Source: the human T2T-CHM13v2.0 reference genome, Homo sapiens
DNA length: 64,000 bases
Strand: one strand, 5' to 3'
Assembly (NCBI RefSeq): GCF_009914755.1
Contig: NC_060932.1
A model generated the notes under the pieces. The model was given only the letters and a program-made list of their open reading frames with translations, was not told the DNA's origin and searched no databases. Position numbers and translations under genes: made by a program. Positions 52,840-64,000 of the stretch are shown here, piece by piece. Each line of letters starts with the position of its first letter. The first letter of the stretch is position 1.

Positions 52840-53120
52840 ACAGCATTCAGCTACATGTGACTGCTGAGCACTTCAATGTGCCTGGTGGACAGTGAGATGG
52901 ACGCTAAGTGTAAAATACAAAATCCAAAGGTTTCAAAGGCAGCATGAAAAAGTGAAATATTGTATTAATAACGTTTATATTGATTACATGTGGAAAGGAT
53001 ATTTTGAATGCATCAAATTAAATATATTATTAAATTTAATTTCACCTGCATCCCTTTGTTTTTACTATCACTACTAGAAAAAGTAAAATTACATAAGTGC
53101 CTCACATAATATTTTCATCA
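52840..53120. mobile_element. MER33/MER3-like hAT-Charlie relic
   Basis: agctacatgtgactgctgagcacttcaatgtg..taagtgtaaaatac..tatattgattacatg..aatttcacctg..ctactagaaaa..aaaattacata. Confidence 0.8.
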
Positions 53121-53159
53121 TGAAGCATTTGTCTAAACTAATTCATATCTGTTTCATTA

Positions 53160-53482
<323 letters not shown>

Positions 53483-53990
53483 AGATTATATGCAAATTAA
53501 TCTAAGATTGGAAAGAGACACGATGGGTGTCCTGTTCCCAATAATTTGGCTATATTGTTAGAGAAGATGGACGCTGACCCAGCAGAGTTGGCTTTACCAT
53601 CACACAAGTTGAATTTTTTTTTTCAATCTCCTTCTGAACAATGTCTTTATGCACTCCAAGAAGTGATTCTTTTCTATGCTGATGAAGTCGGGGACTCTCT
53701 GATAGGATGGTTATTGATTGTAGCTATGTAAGCCCCAAACCGCCTCTGAGATGAGTCCAGGACTTTTCAGTCCCCAAGATGCATGTCTTCCTGCCTCGCT
53801 AACGCTCAAGTTCTGCAACTAGACAATGGAGAGATTCTTAACTCCACAACCAGCCTCCTCTCTCCAGAGCCCTTCTCTCAGGGTGACCACTCAGTGCAAT
53901 TCATTTAATATTACCAATTGTGGCTATTTTCATTCCCATCTCCAGTGTTTTAAATTGACCCATCTAGTTCATGGACCACATCACCGCTGA

Positions 53991-54473
<483 letters not shown>

Positions 54474-54546
54474 AAGACTGCCTTTTAGATTTAATCTGCT
54501 TATGCTCTGACTTTCCATAAATTCCTTAATCATGTTATAGCCAAGA

Positions 54547-55290
54547 TTTTTAAATTGATACATACTATTTGCACATATTTATTGGTACATGTGATATTTT
54601 GATAGGTGCACAGAACGTGTTATGATCAAAGTAGGGTAGTTAGCATATCCATCACCTCAAATGTTTATCATTTCTTTGTGTTGGGAATGTTTCAAATCTT
54701 ATAGTTGTTGTGAAATATACAATAGAGTAAACCTGCTGGGCTATGGAATATCAAAATGTATCCCTTCTATCAAGTCTATGTTTCTATCCATTAACCGACC
54801 TCGTCATTCCTCCTCCCCAATCTACACATCCTTTCTAGCCTCAGGTCTCTATCATTCTACTCTCTAGCTCCCTGAGATCAACGTTTTATGCTCCCACATA
54901 TGAGTGAGAACATGTGATATTTGTCTTTCCGTGCCTGGTTTATTTCACTTAACCTAATGACCTCCAGTTCCATATATGTTGCTGCAAAACACATTACTTC
55001 ATTGTTTGCTATGGCTGAATAGTATTTAATTGGTATATGTACCACATTTTCTTTATGCATCCATCCACTGATGGATGCTTAGGCTGATTTCATGTCTTAG
55101 CTGTTGTGAATAGTGCTGCAATTAACAAGGGAGTGCAGGTGTCCCTTTGATATCATGATTTCTTTTCCTTTGGGTAAATACCCAGTAGTGGGATTGCTGG
55201 ATCATACCGTAGTTCTACCTTTAGTTTTTCAGAAACCTCCATCCTATTTTCCATAGTAGCTATACTAACTTACATTCCCATCCACAGAGG
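54547..55290 (-). mobile_element. L1MA (MA3-5-like) 3' end
   Basis: tagcatatccatcacctcaaa..ctcccacatatgagtgagaacatg..gggtaaatacccagtagtgggattgctggatcata. Confidence 0.92.
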
Positions 55291-56583
55291 ATAGTAAGGA
55301 TTTCTGAATCGCGCAATGACTTTCCCGTGAGATCACTTCTTCTCCAGCCACAGCGATTAAACAAAACAGAATAAATAATAGAATATGCATGGAAGTGGTA
55401 TAGCCAAATATTCCGAGTTGCAATAGAAAACACATTAGTTTTAGAAGCTTTGCCTGCACCATTGCTTAGTCTTAGTGATTGCCCATGGCTGAGAGCAGTC
55501 TTTTGCCCAGCGTTTCTACCACAAGCATGCTCTCCCTGGACTTGCAGCCTGCACACTTCATACGTGGCTGTGAGAAAGGTTAATCCATTTCAGTCATGGA
55601 TAGGCTTTAAACTAATTAGTAGCCACATTCACAAGGTATTATGCAGAACCTCCTAGTCAACCAACTTTCTTCAAAGATGTCTCTGCCAGACCCCTACAGG
55701 TTTGTGTGGCTGGTTGGCCTTTTGCAATTCATTCCCTCGGGAGTCAATTAAGTTATTTTACCCTAAAAGTTTTCCTTCTTTCTAGGAGAGTTCCGTAGGT
55801 TACTAACGCACTTGGTACTTTTAATTAGCAGTTTTACGACCTGCTTCTGCACTCTGTGTCTCTGCAGAACAGCTGTATTCAGTATGCAACAGGAGGCACA
55901 GCTTTGATTCCTTTTCTTCCCTTAAATGTGCAGTATTCCTCATAACTATTAATAGGGGATAGAAGATTAAATATTAATCATTGGTAGTCCTGATAGATTA
56001 AATATCAGAGAGATGCATAGTTAATTTTCAACACCTTGGAGTGACAAATCATTTTTTCTGACCACAGAATTTAAAGCAAGTGACTAAGTTCGAGTTTCAT
56101 ATGTTTAAGGATTAAACAAGTGATGAGAATAGATTATGACTTTAGTCAAGTCTAAGCTTATGTAATTTCTTCCTTTAGTAATTTATCTTTATTACCTGTC
56201 TTATGTTCATATCACAACTACAAAACTACTCAGCCAAAGAGATATTTCAGTGAAGAGAGTTAAAAAATTATTTTAACTTCTAAAGTAACTTTCAAATATG
56301 TTTAGATCAGTGATGTTTTGTTTTGCTTTGTTTTTTGGGGGGTCAGATTTTTATATTCTGCGAATGCTTTTTTCTTTTTTTGCATAACCTGTGACCCTGT
56401 TTTTCTTTTCTTTAATTAAAAAGATCATAGTAATTAGCCTAGCTATTCAGCTTAGTAAAAATTGCATGGTGCTCAAATTTAAATAAATAAAAAGCAAATG
56501 AGCATTTGTTCTGAAAAATATTAAAGAATATGAGAAAAAACACCCTGTAATAATTTTCTCAAGAACATATAAAAGCTTGCATC

Positions 56584-56932
<349 letters not shown>

Positions 56933-56980
56933 CTAATGTAATTATCTATGAGGAAAGAAGCAGAGAAGGAGAATGAAAAA

Positions 56981-57090
56981 TCCATTCATTCAACAACAAC
57001 AAAAAATACGGTCTAGACTTTGCTGTCAGTGCTGGCAATGTAGCTACTGAAAAACAACATTTTCCTTCGTTGAAATTACAATCGAGTGAG
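56981..57090 (-). mobile_element. L2 3' tip
   Basis: tccattcattcaacaa..gtgctggcaatgtagc..gaaattacaatc. Confidence 0.5.
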
Positions 57091-58308
57091 TCTCAATGCC
57101 TGAAGGCACCTGCCTGTTTTCTGCAGCGGGTACAGGGAGCTTTACGTATCTTCCTGTCCATCCATCCTGCAGCTCTCTGGGGGCAGGTCCATTGGTTTCA
57201 ATGGTGAAGAAACTGTCTAAGGCGGTGTGCCTTGTTCAGCATCACACTCAAGCTCTATATCTTAGACAGTGCTACATACCAGGCTACGCTATGGGCCTTC
57301 CTCTGACATCTGGGTCCCCTTTCCCCGAGATCAGCCCCACCCACAATGGCTGCAGCCCCCAGCATCTGCCTCCAGAGCGGCGTCTTCTGTGTGACACTCA
57401 GGGATGGAGCAGGGGGAGTGTTCGCAGGGAGAGGACTTCCGGAACCGGGCCGATTACCTTCATCGGTGTTAGCAATTGTGCCGTCTGGTAAGCTCTGCAT
57501 TCACTTTCCCAAGGATGGCCCTTCACTGTCCTAGAGCTGTAGAACTTGATCTGTTCACACCCTTGAATACAGAAATGAATAGGGTTTTCCAGGAAAACTT
57601 CTGGGCAGCGTAGAGGTCCTTACAGGATTCTGGAAGATGTGCTCTTTCCAAACAAAAATATCACCCAAGAAAGAGAGAGACATTGTTTCCAGGAATATTG
57701 GGTTGGACCTCATGGTGCTGTCTGGGCCACAGGCCTGAAAGTAACCATTGGCTGTTGGGACAAGAATCGGGGAGCCCAGGAGGAAGGCTGCCTCTCGGAA
57801 GATGATTTGGAAGAATGGAAATATGATAGATAAAATCGTGGAATACCCAGAATACAATGTAGATACATATAGAAAAATATGCATGTAAAATGTCATCGTT
57901 AATGCAAAAAACCCACAACTCTGCAGAAAAGAAAATGCGATTTTAAAACACTAGACTCCACACAAAGATTGTAATTTGACTAATAGGGTGGTATAATTGT
58001 AGTGGGGGGTGGTGAGGAAGGAAACAGGCCCAAGGAAGAGTTGATCTGCCACTGTCATTAAAAAGCAGTTCCCTATGCCCCAAATGGATAAGTCTCTGAA
58101 GGACAGTGTGAAGGTTTTGTTTAATAAATCTGAAGGTTACCACGGGAAGACTCAGGTGACAGAGTTCACAGCCATTGTGTCTAGTGTCTAATGAGCTGGA
58201 GTGTGAGAAGTAACAGAAAAACAACCGTTTTATTTCTCAAAATGATAAATAAATTTCACCACTAGTTAAGTTCTTAATATTAGATATGTACTAGTCTGAT
58301 AAAAATTA

Positions 58309-58609
<301 letters not shown>

Positions 58610-59048
58610 TTAAAACACAAAGAATTCATTTTATTTAAATGAACTTGCTCTTTTAAATTCATATAAAAAGTTGTGAAAAAAATCAGAAATAGAACCTGTT
58701 TCTCCAGATTCCCAAAAATCTCAGGATGAAATTTTTTTTTTTTTTTTTTTTTTGCCCAGTTAAATACATATTTTTAGTGAGAGCTTGTGATCCAGCCACT
58801 GCACTGGGCACCGAGGACTCCAAGTGGAAGATGATGTCATCCACAATGGCATCTCCAGGGGAATCGATTTTGATGACTCCAATCAAGGCAGGCGGGTCAA
58901 TGGCAGCGACCACTGAAGATGCTATGGCTTGAGAGGAAAGGAGAGGGGCAGCCACTGCCTGAGGTGAGCTGGGGTGATTCTGGATTAGGAGGAGGACTAA
59001 GGCACTTGGCAGGGGAACTGGATCAGAGCAGAGAGTCAGATTTGCAAC

Positions 59049-59340
<292 letters not shown>

Positions 59341-59649
59341 CTAGATCCGCATCGTACAAGGCTTTCTGCCTGTGGGAACTGCAAACGCATAAGGACCAGT
59401 GGCAGCTGAGCTCAAAAGCAATGGAGAAAAGGGGGCAGGTTACAAAGGCACCAAGCCTTTTTCCTATCATTCACATCCAATTCAACTATAGAGGAAACAG
59501 ATGTCTATACTGGAACCAGTACACATGTATAACTGCTGTTACTGGTCATTTATTTTAATATTTCCATCTGGATTTTTCAGTTAAAGATGCACCCGATATG
59601 TTTCATTTCTTGAGGTAAAATTCATAGGGCAAAACTGGTTTTTAATATA

Positions 59650-59835
59650 AAGTAGTGGTTAACACTATGAGCTTCAGACTCCAGGCTAGTATAGTATTTG
59701 AGCAAGGTTTATAACCATTCTGGAATCTGATGGTCTTAACCATCAAAATAACTATTAACTGTATTTACTTAATGGTGTTGCAATATGGTTTAATTGAGAT
59801 AACATATTAGAGTAATCCAAAGGAGCCCAGCAAAT
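59650..59835 (+). mobile_element. MIR fragment
   Basis: gtagtggttaa..ttgagcaaggttt..aaccattct..catcaaaataac..ggtgttg..ttaattgagataac. Confidence 0.55.
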
Positions 59836-60704
59836 AAGAAATTCTCACAGAATTCATCTCGGTCCTTCTCAGATTGTGGGTTTATTGAATCCTTCCCTCT
59901 TCCTCTGTCTCCCACTGGCTAAAAGGAATAGCAAAATGGATTAGCTCACTTTTAACAGACAGATCCAGGATTTAAGATAAATATTTTAATATAAAATATA
60001 TCCTTCTTTATACTGTTTTGCAATGAGTAATCCTGTAAGATTGAATACAAGATGGAAAGGTAAGCCAGAATACGTTAAATTATTCTTGGTTTTATGTAAT
60101 GTTCAAAAACACTTAGCATCCAAAATGTGCAAAGTATGCTTTAAAATTCACGTTAAGAAATCACTTTTGCTAGACATTTCTTTCTATCAGACATTATTTC
60201 AGAAGTATTAGTATAAGTAGGGTAGAAATAGTCTGACAAAAATCTTTCATGACACTTACACTCATAAATATCCTTGCTTACAAATGCATGAATACATTGC
60301 ATTCTATGCTTCTTTTATACTTTATAATTTCATCCTTTTAAAAAACGTATTTTTTCTTTTATGTAATATTTGTAATAACTAAAATTTATATTTTTCATCA
60401 AATGAGGAGTCAATATATAAATGAAATGCATTCAATTACGTTAGTCACTTTAGCAAGACTCTGCCTCTAGAAGTCTTGCACACCCCGATGGATGTCACAG
60501 AAAATTCAGGAGAGGATGCTGATGCTGGGAGCTCCCAGTGGGACAGCCCTTCCTGGGTCCTTACCAGCCCACTGAGCATGTCTTTGAATGCATCTTTTGT
60601 GACAGCTCACAGCTGGGAGATATTTTGCAGGTATAGTAAAAACAATCTGCAAGCAAGGGAGGAATTCAAGACAGTGATTTTGACATTTTCTTGGTCTTCC
60701 TAAA

Positions 60705-61890
60705 TTTTTTGTATTTATTTATTATTTATTTATTTTTTATTTTATTTTAAGTTCCGAGATACATGTGCAGAATATGCAGGCTTGTTACATAGGTACACAT
60801 GTGCCATGGTGGTTTGCTGCACCTACTAACCCATCATCTGGGTTTTAAGCCCCACATGCATTAGGTATTTGTCCTAATGCTCTCCCTCCCCTTGTCCCCC
60901 ACCGCCAACAGGTCCTAGTGTGTGTTGTTGCCCTCCCTGTGTCCATGTGTTCTCATTGTTCAACTCCCACTTACAAGTGAGAACAATCGGTGTTTGGTTT
61001 TGTATTCCATGTTAGTTTGCTGAGAATGATGGCTTCCAGCTTCATTCATGTCCCTGCACAGGACATAATCTCATTCTTTTTTATGGCTGCATAGTATTCC
61101 ATGGTGTATATGTGCCACATTTTCTTTATCCAGTTGATTATTGATGGGCATTTGGGTTGGTTCCAAGTCTTTGCTATTGTAAATAGCGCTGCAATAAGCA
61201 TACCTGTTCATGTGTCTTTATAGGAGAATGATTTATAATCCTTTGGATCTATATCCACTAATGGGATTGCTAGGTCAAATGGTATTTCTGGTTCTAGATC
61301 CTTGAGGAATCACCACACTGTCTTCCACAATGGTTGAACTAATTTACACTCCCACCAACAGCGTAAGCTTCCCTATTTCTCCACAGCCTCGCCGGCATCT
61401 ATTGTTTCCTGACTTTTTAATCATAGCCATTCGGACTGGAGTGAGATGGTAACTCATTGTGGATTTGATTTGCATTTCTCTGATGATTGGTGATGATGAG
61501 CTTTTTTTCATATGTTTGTTGTCCACATAAATATATACAAAAATTACCTCAAGTTGGATTGAAAACTTAAATGTAAAACCAAAAACCATAAAAACCCTAG
61601 AAGAAAACCTAGGCAATACCATTCAGGATATAGGCATGGGCAAAGACTTTAAGACTTAAAACACCAAAAGCAATTGCAACAAAAGCCAAAATTGACAAGT
61701 GGGATCTAATTAAACTAAAGAGCTTCTACACAGCAAGAGAAATTAGCATCAGAGTGAACAGGCAACCTACAGAATGGGAGAAAATTTTCACAATCTACCT
61801 ATCTACAGGAACTTAAACAAATTTACAAGAAAAAAACAAACAACCCCATCAAAAAGTGGGCAAAGGATATCAACAGATACTTCTCAAAAG
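60705..61890 (-). mobile_element. L1PA7/8-like element with twin-priming 5' inversion
   Basis: Antisense 3'UTR/ORF2 end 60705-~61532 (ttttaagccccacatgcattaggtatttgtcctaatgc), then sense ORF2 ~61533-61890 ending ttctcaaaag; TSD tcttcctaa. Confidence 0.95.
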
Positions 61891-61902
61891 TCTTCCTAAT
61901 TG

Positions 61903-62193
61903 TTTTTTTCCTTTTTTTTTTCTCTTTTTTTAGACGGAATCTCCCTCTGTCGCCCAGCTTGGAGCTCACTGCAACATCTGCCTCCTGGGTTCAAGCAATT
62001 TTCCTGGCTCAGCCTCCAGAGTAGCTGGGATTACAGGTGCCTGCCACCATGCCCAGAAAATTTTTGTATTTTTAGTAGAGATGGGGTTTTGCCATGGTGA
62101 ACAGAGTGGTCTCGAACTCCTGACCTCAGGTGATCAGCCAGTCTTGGTCTCCCAAAGTTCTGGCATTACAGGCATGAGCCATCTCGCCTGGCC
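61903..62193 (-). mobile_element. AluS, abutting the L1PA
   Basis: Antisense Alu; TSD tcttcctaatt. Confidence 0.95.
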
Positions 62194-62649
62194 TCTTCCT
62201 AATTTTTAATACTAAATATCTCATGGGGATTGAGAATAAAGCAAATATTTCCAAAGTGGCAATGCCCCTGTTGTAGAGCATAAAGGTCTTGGTGGAAATT
62301 TTGAGTCTCACAGACCTGGGTTTTCATAGAGTTTTACTCACTTTACAGATTACAGACCCTTTGACAGGGCATTCTCTCCCTGCCTCTAGTACTGCCTCAT
62401 CATATTGTTTCTTGGATGTTTTTAATATAACACAGCCAGTAACAGGCGCTCCATGTAATGACGCTATGCATGTGGTCTGTGAGCCGGGAGGTCAGTGTGT
62501 GTCATCCTTGGGCGCTCCACACCCCTCCCCAAACCCACGTAGATTCAGTGTGCTCAACCAGAAAGACGTAATCAGAGAGAATAGCCTGGCATTTCTTGGA
62601 TTTGGTACCTATCTTTTCAGTTCAATAGAATGGAGTTAAAATAAAAAAA

Positions 62650-63060
62650 AAAAAAGAAACCTTTCTGAGCTCCTACTATATGACTGAATATACAGAAATG
62701 AAGAAATAAATAGACTCAGTTTTTCAATAACTTGCAGACTAAAGAGAAAACAGAAGCCCCAGCCACCTGGGGGCGGGGGAGGGGGGGCCTGACGTTAGAA
62801 AACACTAGGCCAGGTCTGCACAATGCAGCAGAAGAGTCCGACCTCAGGGCGGTGCACCTTCTTGACCTGAGATGAGACTAAGGCTAGAACGTTCAGAGAT
62901 GGAACAGCCCGAGCCAAGTGATCGTGTGAACGGTTCCATGACCCTGAAGAACGAAGTGGGTGCGGCAGGACAGGAGACTGGTCAGGCAGAGGCCAGGTGA
63001 GGAGGAATCTCGTCTGTTGCCCTGAGACCTGGTGGACAAGGTGGAACCACTGAAAGGCAC
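62650..63060 (-). mobile_element. L2 remnant
   Basis: ctgagctcctactatatg..atacagaaatgaa..tagactcag..cttgcagacta..gttcagagatggaacagc..gcagaggccagg. Confidence 0.5.
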
Positions 63061-64000
63061 CTCCCGTCAGGCACACACATTAAGGACTCGTGACTGAAGG
63101 ATGTTGGTTTGCATAAAGCTAAAAAAGCCCTTATCACAAAATGTGTACATGCAATGCCTGGTAGGCATAATGAATGTTGTGGAAACTGTTCTCAGTCAAT
63201 TTCTCTAAGTCTTAGAGAGAGCAATGGATTATTCCTGTCTGTATTTTACATTATCACAATTTTTGTATAGACAAAGCCAGTATCTTTAGCTTGTCTGTCT
63301 CCCTCATCTGCGCATACGTACAGAGCATCGTCACCACCTGTTGGAATGACCTGAAGTGCAACAAAACTCCATACAGAAAAACCAGATCTATAACAGTGAG
63401 GCCAACAAGTTCCATTCTTATTGGAGGCAAGCACCCAATTCAATTAGCATCCAAATGTACAAAAATGCGTAATGTCCGTGTCACCCACGTAATGTGTGTG
63501 TTCTGAGGCCACGATCCCTTTAGTCACAAACAATGTCAACACATGCAAATCTCCGTCTTGTGTTTACAGATTCACAGTATGTAAATTAGAACAAGAAAAT
63601 CATATCAGAACGTTTTATGGATATTGTTCTCAAGTATTTTAGTGTGACTTGGCATAAGGGAATGAGAAGGCGCCACAGAGGGAACTTGAGTTGATTGCAT
63701 CTGGTGAGATAAACCCCAAGAAATCCTGGCTTGAAGACATCAGGCTGATGTGAGTAGAGAGAATGTGAGCCTGGGAATAAATCAGTGGTGAATTTAATGA
63801 GGTAAAATGCTTTGAAGTGGTTTAAAGTAATTCTTAAAGTGATTTTTAAATTGCACAACTAAAACTTGCCGAAAAATACAGCTGTTTTGTAATAAGTTGA
63901 ACTCAGGAACAGCATTTATCACTTTTGTTTTTTGTCTATGCCATGAAAGCCTGTCTTTGCAGAATTCCAAGTCCTCGAATAAAAGAAAAAACCACTGCTA

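Noticed and set aside
57096-58250. Possible processed pseudogene
   Set aside because: The frames I examined match no protein I recognise, and there is no poly-A/TSD pair; a BLASTX search would settle it.
60525-60538. 14-bp palindrome ctgggagctcccag, and the 8-bp stem at 4801-4820
   Set aside because: Stems of 7-8 bp are expected several times by chance in 64 kb.

Overview
Primate (most likely human) AT-rich non-coding genomic DNA, intergenic or deep-intronic; the locus cannot be named from sequence alone. I find no credible protein-coding gene, tRNA, rRNA or CRISPR array, and the listed ORFs are short chance frames, many inside repeats. A large part of the window is recognisable transposable element: about 20 Alu copies or monomers, many MaLR LTRs (MST, THE1, MLT1), several ERV1-class LTRs (LTR9-like x3, LTR1/27/28-like x2, MER4-like, MER34/39-like), L1 pieces (two with twin-priming 5' inversions), L2, MIR, CR1/L3 and small DNA-transposon relics. 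Family names come from recalled consensus similarity, not a database search, so subfamily calls are tentative. The best leads are: (1) the window's only CpG-island-like segment (~20.87-21.37 kb), an old L1M 5'UTR carrying a perfect 4x21-bp repeat and a consensus splice donor, a candidate exapted lncRNA promoter/first exon; (2) a 204-nt candidate exon tightly bracketed by inverted Alus (58.3-59.3 kb), a circRNA-type layout; (3) several readable retrotransposition scars. None of these establishes a new biological system; all need expression or comparative data.
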